A stretch of DNA of 37,615 bases from Acidobacteriaceae bacterium (lineage in GTDB: Bacteria; Acidobacteriota; Terriglobia; Terriglobales; Acidobacteriaceae), in contig JBAUHD010000168.1 of assembly GCA_049680085.1 (NCBI GenBank), forward strand, positions 1 to 37,615, read 5' to 3'. Shown one piece after another: positions 27,127 through 37,295 of this stretch (its first letter is position 1; each line of letters opens with the position of its first letter). The position numbers were made by a program, and so were the translations under genes. Below the pieces are notes generated by a model. That model worked only from the letters and a program-made list of their open reading frames with translations. It was not told the DNA's origin and searched no databases.

Positions 27127-27780
27127 GTTCACTTGTTTCTTTCGCATCCTGGCAGCGTTCAACCAGCGCGGACTCGCGTTCGCGCTCCGGAACGGCCAGG
27201 CATTCGTCGGACGGTCGTTGCAATTTGCCTCATCCACCGGGCACACGAAGGGCGTCACGACGAACGTCGCGAGACCCGCGGCCGCGCGGGATTGGACCTG
27301 CGATTAGCGGTATCCGGCGCTGTCACCGCCGGCGGCAAAGCAGTTCACGGGAGACACACGGATACGTGTGCGAATCTGCCTTGGGAAGGCAAAAGCTTCT
27401 CAGCGGAAGCATAGGGTCATGCAGTGTTCTTATTGTTGAAAGGATTCTAAACATTCCCGCGCAAAACGCAAGTACGTTTTGCAAAGAAACCGCATCTAAG
27501 GGACGCTCACTGGTAACGCAGACCGAAAACGGGGCTCAGGCGGGCGCAAGGGCGGGAACAAGCCGCTCGCCAAGCGGTGCTCAATCCCATCCTCTGGAAG
27601 GGCGTCCGTCGGCCGCTTTGTAGATTTCGCCTGAAGGCTCCAACGGGAGCGATGAGCCATTCTTCGCTGAGCCGTTTGCACCGCATCCAAAAACGTGTCC
27701 ACGCAATTGGGTGACAAGCCAATGACATCCGGCCGCCCGTTGGCGTGCTCTAATTCGTCTATGCGGGTGCTGGATATTCG

Positions 27781-28842
27781 ATGAGACGCGCCTATATCAA
27801 CCGCATCGCGACCGCGGTTCCCGAACACGATGTTCATCAGGCGTTCGTTGGATTCGCGGAGCGGATGCTTGCCGAAGAGCGTGTACGCGCGCTGTTTTTG
27901 CGCATGGCCGCGAAGTCGGAAATCGAGCACCGTTTTTCGCCGCTACAGGCGGGAGGGCCCACGGCGGCCAACGCCAGCGATGCTGTTGAGGTGTATCGGC
28001 TCGGCAGTTTTCCCTCCACGGCGGAGCGGATGAAGCTGTTCGAGCGCTTCGCTCCGGCGCTCGCGGCCAAAGCCCTCGACAGGCTCGCGCTGACGGCGGC
28101 GGAGCGGGACCGGATTCACCATGTGATTGTGACCTGCTGCACCGGCATGTATGCGCCCGGCCTGGACTTCGCCATACTCGATCATCTCAACCTCGCAGCC
28201 TCGACCGAGCGGACCATGATCGGCTTTATGGGCTGCTACGCGGCCATCAATGGATTGAAGCAGGCGCGCCACATCGTTCGCTCGGAGCCGGAGCAGAGCG
28301 TGCTGATGGTCAACCTGGAGCTTTGTACGCTTCACCTGCACGAAACACAGAGCCTGGAGGAGGTTTTGTCGTTTCTGATTTTTGGAGACGGATGCGCGGC
28401 CAGCCTCATTACCAGCGAACCCGGCGGACTGGAGATGGACGGCTTTCATGCGCTGCAAATCGAGGGCACGCGCGACCTGATTACCTGGCGCATCGGCGAC
28501 GGTGGATTTGACATGGTGCTTTCGGGCCGCGTGCCCCGCGAGATTGCAAAGACACTGCGCGATCAGTCCGGCGCGTTCTCGAAGGACGGCGCGGTTGACC
28601 TCTGGGCCGTCCATCCTGGAGGCCGCTCGGTGCTGGATGCGGTTGAACAGGGGCTCGAGCTTTGCCCGGAAGCTCTCTGCGCCTCGCGGCGAACGCTGCG
28701 CCGGTTCGGAAATATGTCCTCGGCGACCGTGATGTTTGTGCTGCGCGAACTGATGCAATCGGCTCGCGGCGGTCAGAGCGGCTGCGCCATGTCGTTCGGA
28801 CCGGGACTCACGGCGGAGACAATGCGATTTCATGTTGTCTGA
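27781..28842 (+). CDS. Type III polyketide synthase (chalcone-synthase-like)
   Basis: Cys-His-Asn triad in GFMGCYAA, WAVHPGG, GNMSS; also ELCTLH, FGDG, FGPGL. Confidence 0.95.
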   Translation: MRRAYINRIATAVPEHDVHQAFVGFAERMLAEERVRALFLRMAAKSEIEHRFSPLQAGGPTAANASDAVEVYRLGSFPSTAERMKLFERFAPALAAKALDRLALTAAERDRIHHVIVTCCTGMYAPGLDFAILDHLNLAASTERTMIGFMGCYAAINGLKQARHIVRSEPEQSVLMVNLELCTLHLHETQSLEEVLSFLIFGDGCAASLITSEPGGLEMDGFHALQIEGTRDLITWRIGDGGFDMVLSGRVPREIAKTLRDQSGAFSKDGAVDLWAVHPGGRSVLDAVEQGLELCPEALCASRRTLRRFGNMSSATVMFVLRELMQSARGGQSGCAMSFGPGLTAETMRFHVV

Positions 28843-29545
28843 TCGCCTGGATTTCTCCCGCCGTGCTTCTCTCTCCGAGTGGATGGACGAGCCGTGCCCG
28901 TATGAGGAATTTCGCGATTGCCTCCGCGATCTTGAAAGGGTGAATCGAAGGGTCGGCGCGTACCGGCCAACCTTGCAGTGGCTTGAGCAGTTCGCGGAGA
29001 GCGGCGGCCAGCCGCTTCACATCGTCGACGTGGGCTGCGGTGGAGGCGATATGCTGCGCCGGATTGAGCGGTGGAGCCGGGAGCGCGGCGTGCCGGTTCG
29101 CCTTACGGGCATCGACCTGAATCCCTATGCCGCCCGCGCCGCGCGTGAGTTTACGAACCGCGGCAGCTCCATTGAATGGATCACAGGAGACGCCTTCTCC
29201 TATCGGCCCCCGGTATCCATCAGCCTGGTCCTCAGCTCGCTCTTTACCCATCATCTGCGGGATTCGGAAATTGTGAACTTCATCCTCTGGATGGAGAGCG
29301 TCGCCCAGCGCGGATGGTTCATCAACGACCTGCACCGGACGCGCGCGCCGTACTATGGTTTCAGCGCGCTGGCATGGATCATGCGCTGGCATCGCTTTGT
29401 GCGCCATGACGGACCGATTTCCATTCGCAGGAGCTTTCTGCGCGAGGACTGGGAGCGCTATTGCGCCGCCGCCGGTTTGCGCAGCGGCGATGTTCAGATT
29501 CGCGAAATTCGCCCGGCGCGGCTTTGTGTCGCGAGGGTGAAATGA
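28832..29545 (+). CDS. Class I SAM-dependent methyltransferase
   Basis: IVDVGCGGGD, GIDLN, SLFTHHL, INDLHR; overlaps the PKS stop. Confidence 0.9.
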   Translation: MLSDRLDFSRRASLSEWMDEPCPYEEFRDCLRDLERVNRRVGAYRPTLQWLEQFAESGGQPLHIVDVGCGGGDMLRRIERWSRERGVPVRLTGIDLNPYAARAAREFTNRGSSIEWITGDAFSYRPPVSISLVLSSLFTHHLRDSEIVNFILWMESVAQRGWFINDLHRTRAPYYGFSALAWIMRWHRFVRHDGPISIRRSFLREDWERYCAAAGLRSGDVQIREIRPARLCVARVK

Positions 29546-30678
29546 TCGACGCCCTGGTTGTCGGCGGAGGCCCCGCGGGCGCATCGCTGGCAACTTTGCT
29601 GGCCAGGGGCGGCCGTTCCGTCGAGGTGATCGAGAAAACTTCCACCGCGCATGACGGGCTGTGCGGAGAGTTTCTCAGCGGCGAAGCCATTCGTTATCTC
29701 CGCACGCTCGACGTTGATCCCGACGCGCTCGGCGCAACGTCCATTCACAACATTCGACTCGCTGGGAGCCGGCGGCTCGGCGAATGCGCGCTTCCCTTTA
29801 CGGGAATGTCGCTGACCCGGCGCATTCTGGATGAGGCGTTGCTGAACGCCGCGCGCAACGCCGGCGCGAAGGTGACGCGAGGAGCGCGGGTCGAAGCACT
29901 GCGCCGCGAGCACGGCGAATGGGTGGCGCGGCTGGCGAACGGCGAAGAGCGGCGCGCCAGGTCCGCGTTTCTCGCCACCGGAAAACATGACCTGCACGGA
30001 TGGCCGCGTCCCGCCGGGAAACAGCCCGGCCTGATCGCTTTCAAAATGTACTTTCGACTGGCGCATGGGAAGGAATCGGCAATCGCCGACCGCGTGGAAC
30101 TGGTCCTGTTCCCCGGAGGCTATGCGGGCCTGCTGCTTTTGCCGAATGGAACCCTGAACCTGTGCCTGCTGGCGCAGCAGTCCGTGTTCCAGCGGCTCGG
30201 CTCGCGATGGCCGAATCTTCTCGACCACATCCAGTCCTCGTCGCCCTGCCTCGCCGATTCTCTCCAGGGCGCCACCGCTCTGCTGGAGAAACCGCTCGCC
30301 CTCTCGTCGATTCCCTATGGGCATTTACGATCCGCGGCGCCGGAGGGTCTGTGGAGGCTTGGCGACCAGGCGGCGGTGATTCCCTCCTTCTCCGGCGACG
30401 GCATTTCCATCGCGCTGCACAGCGCATTTCTGGCGGCTTCGTATTTTCTTGATGGGCGGGGAGCGAACGACTTTCAGCCGCATCTTGCCGCGCAATTGCG
30501 ACGCCCGCTGCAGGCGGCGACTTTGATTTCGCGGTTGATGATTGGCGTTCCTTCGCTTGCGCGCGGCGCGCGCCTGTGGCCGGGAATGCTTGGCTCCATC
30601 ACCCAAAGAACGCGAATCCCCAAAGCGGCGCTGCTCACGCCGGTGATGGCCCCAACGCCTGGTTTGCGGAGAAACTGA
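29542..30678 (+). CDS. FAD-dependent oxidoreductase/monooxygenase
   Basis: Start ATG 29542 (ATGA overlap); VVGGGPAG, CGEFLS, ATGK, GDQAAVIPSFSGDGI. Confidence 0.9.
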   Translation: MIDALVVGGGPAGASLATLLARGGRSVEVIEKTSTAHDGLCGEFLSGEAIRYLRTLDVDPDALGATSIHNIRLAGSRRLGECALPFTGMSLTRRILDEALLNAARNAGAKVTRGARVEALRREHGEWVARLANGEERRARSAFLATGKHDLHGWPRPAGKQPGLIAFKMYFRLAHGKESAIADRVELVLFPGGYAGLLLLPNGTLNLCLLAQQSVFQRLGSRWPNLLDHIQSSSPCLADSLQGATALLEKPLALSSIPYGHLRSAAPEGLWRLGDQAAVIPSFSGDGISIALHSAFLAASYFLDGRGANDFQPHLAAQLRRPLQAATLISRLMIGVPSLARGARLWPGMLGSITQRTRIPKAALLTPVMAPTPGLRRN

Positions 30679-30687
30679 TGAGGCGCT

Positions 30688-31545
30688 TCAGCTGCTGAGG
30701 GCGCGGCGCTTTTGCTCCAGCAATGCAGCGGCTCGCGCGGCGGCCTCGTTCATCAGGAAGCCCATTTTGGGGTGCGGCGGCTCAAGGTCAGGATGGATGC
30801 CGTGCCGCGCCAGTTCCTCCGACGTGCTGGGCCCGATGGAGAGCACCACCATGCGGCTCAGGCCTGCACGCAATTCCGAACTCGCTTCCATCCCCTCCGC
30901 AACCTTGAACAGATGAATGATCTGAACAGCGGTCAAAAACACAATGACATCGAACCTCGTGTCGACGATACCGCGCACCGCGTCGCGCAGCGGCTCAAGG
31001 TTCTCCGGCAGCGCCCAGTGATAAACGGGAACCCTCGTCGCCTCCGCACCATGCCCGGCCAGCGCGTTCAGCAGTTCGGGATTCGGCGTTCCATACTCCT
31101 GCACGGCGACGCGCATGCCCTTCAGCGCGGAACCAAAAGCGCCTTCAAGCGAGGCCATGATCTCGCGCCAGGTGCAGGGCTCGGCAGCGGTCACGGCGAC
31201 TGAAAGCCCCAGTTCGCGAATCGCCGCGGACGACTTGGGTCCGCGTGCCGCCAGTTTGATGCGCCGCAGTGCGTCGATGATTTCGGCGCGGTCGTAGCGC
31301 GACTCCGCAATTTCCATCAGCCGGCGAACGCCCACGCCGGTGGTAAAAATCACCAGGTCGAACTCGCCGCGCAGCAGGCGCTCGGCAAATGCCAGCGCCT
31401 CGTGGTTCGACTCAAGCGGAACCTCGCGCATGGCGCTGACCACTGTGGGCTCGCCGCCGTTGGAGCGGATCAGCTTGGCGATCTCCGCCGCGCGCCGCGT
31501 CTCCAGCGCCAGGACCTTCATGCCGTTTAATCCGCCGCTCGCCAT
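30688..31545 (-). CDS. hemD: Uroporphyrinogen-III synthase (HemD family)
   Basis: ETRRAAE, IFTTGVG, ARGPKS, VAVQEYG, VPVYHW, SIGPST, HPKMG. Confidence 0.8.
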   Translation of the reverse strand: MASGGLNGMKVLALETRRAAEIAKLIRSNGGEPTVVSAMREVPLESNHEALAFAERLLRGEFDLVIFTTGVGVRRLMEIAESRYDRAEIIDALRRIKLAARGPKSSAAIRELGLSVAVTAAEPCTWREIMASLEGAFGSALKGMRVAVQEYGTPNPELLNALAGHGAEATRVPVYHWALPENLEPLRDAVRGIVDTRFDVIVFLTAVQIIHLFKVAEGMEASSELRAGLSRMVVLSIGPSTSEELARHGIHPDLEPPHPKMGFLMNEAAARAAALLEQKRRALSS

Positions 31546-31653
31546 GCCTCATTTTTACCGGAATTCTCCCGCGCGCGGGAAAAATGTTGCCGCATCACAT
31601 GACACGGCTGGCGAATTCGCCCAATCTGCCGAAGAACTCAGCAGGAGCCTGCA

Positions 31654-31974
31654 ATGATGGACCAGTTCTTTGCCGCCGACCGCGCAATTGCCGAGGGCCA
31701 GAACTGCGCCCGCTTGCTGCTGGGGCAAACCGGTTCCCGGTCCACATGGTGCATTGTCACGCGAAAAAGCTTCTGGGGTCCTTCGTATTTCTTTCCCGGA
31801 GACGAAGAGGAGTTGCGACAAAAACTTCGCCACGGCCACAAAATTCTATTGATTTTCGCCGCCACCCGAAGGCGCGCGCTCGGAAGCTGCAGCGAGTATC
31901 AGGCCGTGGACCCTTCCACCTTCGACGGAATGCTGCGCCGCTTCGCCCCCCAGGCCATGCGACGCGCCGCCTGA
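31654..31974 (+). CDS. Hypothetical protein
   Basis: 106 aa; AGGAG RBS; fills the gap between hemD and accC; no recognisable motif. Confidence 0.5.
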   Translation: MMDQFFAADRAIAEGQNCARLLLGQTGSRSTWCIVTRKSFWGPSYFFPGDEEELRQKLRHGHKILLIFAATRRRALGSCSEYQAVDPSTFDGMLRRFAPQAMRRAA

Positions 31975-32018
31975 TCCATGAAGCCGCAAGTTAATGCCGG
32001 CGGTGACCGCTCCAGATG

Positions 32019-33377
32019 CTACTGAGCGCTCTTCTGCCGCTCAAAAAACCGCTCCATGAATTTCGTATCGAACTGCCCCGCGCGAAACTCCTCATCCTCA
32101 AAAATCTTCGCGTGCAGCGGAATCGTCGTATGAATTCCCTGCACCACAAACATCCCCAGCGCGCGCCGCATCCGCGCCATGGCCTCTTCGCGGTCGTGGC
32201 CGTGGGTGATGAGCTTGGCGATGAGCGAGTCGTAGTACGGAGGGACAACCCCCTCGGCGTACTGGGCCGTGTCCACCCGGATGCCGTTGCCGCCGGGCAC
32301 GTTGAAGGCCGTGATTTTGCCCGCCGACGGCGTGAACTTCTCCGGATGCTCCGCATTAATGCGGCACTCAATCGCGTGTCCCCGGATGGGCACATGATCG
32401 GGCACAATCGACGACAGCTTTTCTCCGCACGCGATCCTGAGCTGCGCCTTCACCAGGTCGATGCCCGTCACAAACTCCGTCACCGGATGCTCCACCTGAA
32501 TCCGCGTGTTCATCTCGATGAAGTAGAGCTTGCCGTCCTCATCCATGAGGAACTCGACCGTCCCCGCGTTCTGGTAGCCCACATTTTCCAGCGACTTCTT
32601 CAGCGTTTTGCCTATCTCCTCGCGTAGCTTCGGCGTGACCATCAGCGACGGAGCCTCTTCAATCAGCTTCTGGTGCCGCCGCTGAATCGAGCACTCCCGC
32701 TCGCCCAGCGACATCACGGTCCCGTGCTCATCGGCCAGCACCTGAAACTCAATGTGCCGCGGCCGCTCGATAAATTTTTCCATGTACAGGTCGCCGTTGC
32801 CGAAGGCGTTCACCGCCTCCGTGTGCGCCGCCTGGAACAGCGCAGGAAGCTCCGCCGCCGCTCGGATCACGCGCATCCCGCGCCCGCCGCCGCCCGCCGA
32901 AGCCTTCAAAATTACGGGGTAGCCGACCGAACGCGCCCACTCCAGCGCCTCGCCTTCGTTCTGGAGCACGCCGTCGGACCCCGGCAGAATCGGCACCTTC
33001 GCGTGCTTCATCGCCTGCCGGGCTTTTTCCTTCTCGCCCATCAGCCGCGTCACCTCCGGCGGCGGCCCAATGAACTTGATGTTCGACGCGCGGCACACCT
33101 CGGCGAAGTTCGCGTTCTCGCTCAACAGCCCGTAGCCCGGATGAATCGCGTCCACGTCCGCGATTTCCGCCGCGCTGATCACCGCCGGAACGTTCAGATA
33201 GCTCTCCGACGAGCGCGGAGGCCCGATGCAGATGGCCTCGTCCGCAAACCTGACGTGCAGCGAGTGCCGGTCCGCCTCGCTGTACACAGCGACGGTGCGA
33301 ATCCCCATCTCTTTGCAGGCGCAAATCACCCGCAGCGCAATCTCGCCTCGATTGGCGATCAATACTTTATGAAACAT
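32019..33377 (-). CDS. accC: Acetyl-CoA carboxylase, biotin carboxylase subunit
   Basis: [57 protein letters not shown]. Confidence 0.97.
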   Translation of the reverse strand: MFHKVLIANRGEIALRVICACKEMGIRTVAVYSEADRHSLHVRFADEAICIGPPRSSESYLNVPAVISAAEIADVDAIHPGYGLLSENANFAEVCRASNIKFIGPPPEVTRLMGEKEKARQAMKHAKVPILPGSDGVLQNEGEALEWARSVGYPVILKASAGGGGRGMRVIRAAAELPALFQAAHTEAVNAFGNGDLYMEKFIERPRHIEFQVLADEHGTVMSLGERECSIQRRHQKLIEEAPSLMVTPKLREEIGKTLKKSLENVGYQNAGTVEFLMDEDGKLYFIEMNTRIQVEHPVTEFVTGIDLVKAQLRIACGEKLSSIVPDHVPIRGHAIECRINAEHPEKFTPSAGKITAFNVPGGNGIRVDTAQYAEGVVPPYYDSLIAKLITHGHDREEAMARMRRALGMFVVQGIHTTIPLHAKIFEDEEFRAGQFDTKFMERFFERQKSAQ

Positions 33378-33406
33378 ATCTCTCTCGGACTCGTAACCGG
33401 AAATTG

Positions 33407-33979
33407 CTATCGGGGACGCACGGAAAACAGCGGCTGGCCGTATTCCACCGGCTGCCCGCCCTGGACAAAGCGCTTCACGATCTCACCCGCGACATCGCTT
33501 TCAATCTCGTTCATCAACTTCATCGCTTCCACAATGCAGAGCGTTTGCCCGTTCTCCACCTGGTCCCCAATCTTCACAAACGCCGGAGACCCCGGCGAGG
33601 GCGACTCATAGAACGTCCCCACAATTGGCGACTTCACGATATGCAGCGAAGCGTCCTCCGCCTCGCCCGCCGGAGCCGCGGGGGCTGCTTGAGTGGGAGG
33701 AGTCGCCTGCGTCGCCGCGAACACCTCAGGCAGTACCGCCGGAGCCGGGCCATGCTGCTGGGCCGCAAGCAGCCGCGCCATCTGTGCCAGGTCGAAATTG
33801 CTCGCCTCCGCGCCCGGCTTCGCGGCGAACTTGATCCGCACCTTCAGGTCGCCCCGCTCCAGATCAAACTCGCCTATGTTGTTTTCCTTCAGGAACTCAA
33901 TCAGTTCCTTCAGCTCTTGTGTGTCTTCCGGTTTCATCACTCGCGTCTTTGCCTGCCTGTCGCGTTTCGTTTCTGTCAA
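33407..33979 (-). CDS. accB: Biotin carboxyl carrier protein
   Basis: SPIVGTFY, biotinylation motif EAMKLMNEI, Ala/Pro linker. Start may be ATG 33937. Confidence 0.95.
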   Translation of the reverse strand: MTETKRDRQAKTRVMKPEDTQELKELIEFLKENNIGEFDLERGDLKVRIKFAAKPGAEASNFDLAQMARLLAAQQHGPAPAVLPEVFAATQATPPTQAAPAAPAGEAEDASLHIVKSPIVGTFYESPSPGSPAFVKIGDQVENGQTLCIVEAMKLMNEIESDVAGEIVKRFVQGGQPVEYGQPLFSVRPR

Positions 33980-33997
33980 CTCATGCCCCGCATGGCG

Positions 33998-35083
33998 TCA
34001 CAGTTCAATCAATGCCTTGGCCGCCTTCGTCAGCACCTTGTTCCCGCGCTGCGTCACCGCGACCATATCTTCGATGCGAATTCCAAACTTCCCCGCCAGA
34101 TACACTCCAGGTTCAACCGTGACCACCATCCCCGGCTTCAGTTCCAGCGTTTGCCCTGCCGCCAGCCGTGGAGCCTCATGAATCTCAAGCCCCACGCCAT
34201 GGCCGGTTGAATGTGTAAAGTACCGGGCCAGACCCGCCTTGCGCAACACCGCGCGCGCCGCCTCGTCCACTTCCGCGCAGGTCGTGCCCGGCTTCACCGC
34301 CGCCACGCCCGCCTGCTGCGCCTCCAGCACCGCCTCATACGCGGCGCGTTGTTCTCCGCTCAGTTTGCCTACGCAAACCGTGCGCGTCATATCGCTGCAA
34401 TAACCTTTGAGGATAACACCGAAGTCCAGAGTAATGAACCCGTTGCGCGCCACCTTGCGCGCCGACGCTTTTCCATGGGGCATGGCCGAGCGCTCGCCCG
34501 AAGCCACAATCGTGTCAAACGACATGCCCTCCGCGCCCATCCCCCGAGCCAGAAACTCCAGCCGCGCCGCAATCTCCGTCTCCGCCATGCCACTCGCAAT
34601 ATGCGGCAGCAGACCATTGAAGACGCGATCTCCCATCGCCGCCGCCTTCTCCATCAACCGCAGCTCGTCCGCGTCCTTCACCATGCGCAGTTCAGAAACC
34701 AGCGGCCGCTTCAGCGCCGTGAAAAAGCTCCGCCGGACTTTCCCGCTCACCGCCGACCGCATCATCTCCAGCGCCGCCACCGTCGTATGCTCGGGATCGT
34801 AGCCGGCCCGTTTGGCCAGCGACTCCAGCAGCGCGCACGCTTCCTTCAGCGCGGACTTTTTCGCGATGATCACGCGAGCCCCGCGCGTTTCCTGCTTCGC
34901 CTGTACGGTGTACCGCCCATCGGTGAACAGAACCGCCGTTTTCGCCGTCACCGCCAGCGCCGCATTCGAGCCGCTGAACCCGCAAGCCCAGCGCACATCC
35001 GGAAGGTGTGTCACCAGCAGGGATGAAACGTTTTCCTGCTCCAAGGCGGCACGCACCGCACGCAAACGATCTCCATCACTCAT
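33998..35083 (-). CDS. Xaa-Pro aminopeptidase, M24B family
   Basis: TDGRY, LDFG, YCSDMTRT, HSTGHGVGLEIHE, EPGVY, GIRIED; start at ATG 35083. Confidence 0.92.
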   Translation of the reverse strand: MSDGDRLRAVRAALEQENVSSLLVTHLPDVRWACGFSGSNAALAVTAKTAVLFTDGRYTVQAKQETRGARVIIAKKSALKEACALLESLAKRAGYDPEHTTVAALEMMRSAVSGKVRRSFFTALKRPLVSELRMVKDADELRLMEKAAAMGDRVFNGLLPHIASGMAETEIAARLEFLARGMGAEGMSFDTIVASGERSAMPHGKASARKVARNGFITLDFGVILKGYCSDMTRTVCVGKLSGEQRAAYEAVLEAQQAGVAAVKPGTTCAEVDEAARAVLRKAGLARYFTHSTGHGVGLEIHEAPRLAAGQTLELKPGMVVTVEPGVYLAGKFGIRIEDMVAVTQRGNKVLTKAAKALIEL

Positions 35084-35161
35084 CAAAAATCTTCCCTTAC
35101 GAGATTGTCTCAAATGAACCGCGTCGCACGCACTGCGCAGTCACTGCTCACGTCATTCAGT

Positions 35162-35788
35162 TCAATTGTCATCCTGAGCGAAGTTTGGCGCGTTCTTCGC
35201 GCCAAACGCAGTCGAAGGACCTGCCTTTTCTTTCACGCCCACCGCCGTGCGCTCGCGCTCCTTCACCTTCTTCGCCGGAGACCCCACATAAACCCCGAAC
35301 GCCTCTAAATCCTTCGTCGCCACCGACCCCAGCCCGAGCACCGCGCCCTCGCCCACATTCACGCCCGGACCCACAATCGCCCGCGCGCAAATCCACGCAT
35401 ACGCCCCAATTCTCATCGGGTACGACACCATCCGGAACTCCAGCTCGTTATAAAGATGCGTCGCCCCGCACACGTATGCGCCCTGCGAAACAATCGCGTG
35501 CGAGCCAAAATCAATCGGGGAGGGGTTATAAACCTCCGCGCCATCGGCCAGCGTCACGCGGTCCTCGCAGCGCAGGTTCCACGGAGCCCACACCTTCGAC
35601 CCCGGATAAAAATGGCAGTGCGCGCCCGCCTTCGCCCCAAAAGCCCGCAGCAGCATTGCCCGCCACGCATGGCAGGGCCGCGGCGACGGCCGGTACAGCA
35701 GCGCCCAGACCATCCCCCAAACCAAACGCCCCGCGCGGCTCCCCAGCGAAGTCTGAGGAACCAGGGTCGGATCAGCCGACACGCTCAT
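35162..35788 (-). CDS. wcaF: WcaF-like hexapeptide-repeat acetyltransferase
   Basis: WRAMLLRAFGAK, VWAPWNL, SQGAYVCGATH, IGAYAWI, GEGAVLG, GSPAK; start at ATG 35788. Confidence 0.8.
   Translation of the reverse strand: MSVSADPTLVPQTSLGSRAGRLVWGMVWALLYRPSPRPCHAWRAMLLRAFGAKAGAHCHFYPGSKVWAPWNLRCEDRVTLADGAEVYNPSPIDFGSHAIVSQGAYVCGATHLYNELEFRMVSYPMRIGAYAWICARAIVGPGVNVGEGAVLGLGSVATKDLEAFGVYVGSPAKKVKERERTAVGVKEKAGPSTAFGAKNAPNFAQDDN
35166..35224. repeat. REP-like palindromic element
   Basis: TGTCATCCTGAGCGAA..GCAGTCGAAGGACCTGC flanking a perfect hairpin GTTTGGCGCG-TTCTT-CGCGCCAAAC (35183-35207); one copy in the window, family recognised from memory. Confidence 0.65.
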
Positions 35789-35832
35789 GGAATCAATATA
35801 GTTGGAAAGCTCCCGAATGGCTCGCGGCCGTC

Positions 35833-36123
35833 TTACGAAGCCTTGGCCGACGGACCCCGAACCGCCCGCACCGCCCGCACCGGCTTTTTCCTCTCGCGCA
35901 CCAGCTTCGGCGCCGGCTGTTCCACAATTCCAGACTGCCGGTCCATCCACTCATCCAGCCGCGACCGCCGAAACCGCCACCGGTTCCCCAGCTTGAACGC
36001 CGGGATAAACGCCTCCGAGGCATACCGGTACAGCGTATCGGCGCTGATTCCCAGATAATCCGCAGCCTGCCGGATATCCATCACTTCCCGCAACTCGCTC
36101 CCGCACGCAGACAGAACCCGCAT
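35833..36123 (-). CDS. Excisionase-like helix-turn-helix (HTH_17) DNA-binding protein
   Basis: MDIRQAADYLGISADTLYRYA..IPAFKLGNRWRF..LDEWM. Confidence 0.85.
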   Translation of the reverse strand: MRVLSACGSELREVMDIRQAADYLGISADTLYRYASEAFIPAFKLGNRWRFRRSRLDEWMDRQSGIVEQPAPKLVRERKKPVRAVRAVRGPSAKAS

Positions 36124-36346
36124 AGGTGTTCCCTACTCTCTTTTGACTTCTGAAAATCAAAACCAAGGCCAGCCTACTGCTTATATCCCGTTTTCCCCCC
36201 TTTTTTCAAGGCTTCTCCGGGGCCGTACCGGCAATCGAGCATTCCGGCCAAAACCCGCGCTCGCGGAATTCGCACCGATAGCGGCCCGGCGTGCCAAATC
36301 CACAACCCATTGGGGGTTTCCCAACTTGATGCCAGCCTGCTCAGGC

Positions 36347-36805
36347 CTATCTCCGGAACATGCGGATATCGTAGAAGAACGGAGTCACCGCGATTCGCGC
36401 GATCCGGCCGAAATCCGGGTGCGCGGGATTCAGGATCACGTTCCAGTCCCCTCGTATCGGCACAGAAGGCACAGCAAGCGCTGCCGAACGGCGGCTTTTC
36501 AGCCATTCCGTACCAAGCCTGCGGCATTCCCGGTTGTTCAGAGTGAACCAATCTTCCGGAAGTTTCGCCATATCGAGTTTGAGGACCAGCGAGTCCGGCA
36601 GGTCGGCCTCAGCCATCAGCAGGTCTCCCGGCGCCTGGTGAGGCTCAAGATTGACAAAATACTCAATCGCCGCGAGCGCCCGGGAAGTAGCCGCGTAGAC
36701 GATGGGATGACCCTTTTCGTTCCACCGGCGGGCGGCATAAAGACCACCCTGGCCGGAAAAAGCCGCTTCCGAAAACCGGGCTCCGCACAGCCGCCACACA
36801 CGCAT
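36347..36805 (-). CDS. RES-domain toxin (putative NAD+ phosphorylase)
   Basis: R (VWRL), GQGG..RWN, E (AAIEY), S (VPSVP), NVILNPAHPDF. Confidence 0.9.
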   Translation of the reverse strand: MRVWRLCGARFSEAAFSGQGGLYAARRWNEKGHPIVYAATSRALAAIEYFVNLEPHQAPGDLLMAEADLPDSLVLKLDMAKLPEDWFTLNNRECRRLGTEWLKSRRSAALAVPSVPIRGDWNVILNPAHPDFGRIARIAVTPFFYDIRMFRR

Positions 36806-37269
36806 CAGCTATACATTCCATATCCGATGGAATACAAAATCTCCTCTACGGACCGGTAGCCCGGGTCGGTCTCAATCTCATCGAGGGGGACATTGCCATG
36901 CAGGGCGCGGTTGGGTGTTCGCAGCCAGGACGAAGACTTGTCCCGGTCTCCAAGAACTTCCGTGGCCAGGGCGATGATCCGCGCCATGCGCGCGGCGCGA
37001 TCCGACTCCGCCGCGGTCAGCTTCGAGTGCCGCGACAGCCTTCGCGTCAGCGTGCGCTGGGGAATGCCGAGGCGGCTGGCGACATCCGTCCGATGCAAGG
37101 CCAACTGTTCGGAGAGCACCGTGATGACCTTCGACGGCAGACCGCCCCGGATGGACGCGGCCAAGTCCTCGTAGTCGTCCACAGCGTGATGAAAGGTGCC
37201 TTTGCCTCCCAGAACCTCGGCAATTTCCGCAATCGACATGCTAGCCACCTGACCAAATTGTACCGCCAT
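36805..37269 (-). CDS. Xre/MbcA/ParS-type antitoxin
   Basis: LGIPQRTLTRR, ESDR, WLRTPNRAL..PL; stop codon overlaps the toxin start. Confidence 0.9.
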   Translation of the reverse strand: MAVQFGQVASMSIAEIAEVLGGKGTFHHAVDDYEDLAASIRGGLPSKVITVLSEQLALHRTDVASRLGIPQRTLTRRLSRHSKLTAAESDRAARMARIIALATEVLGDRDKSSSWLRTPNRALHGNVPLDEIETDPGYRSVEEILYSIGYGMYS

Positions 37270-37295
37270 GTGGCCAGTGGGTCAACGGCGGTGAG

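Noticed and set aside
27130..27780. Known riboswitch, for example c-di-GMP-I, in the long intergenic region
   Set aside because: Conserved core motifs not found by eye on either strand; only generic hairpins.
36281..36297. Minus-strand TGGCACG as a sigma-54 promoter for the HTH gene
   Set aside because: No GC at the required -12 spacing and no TTGC.
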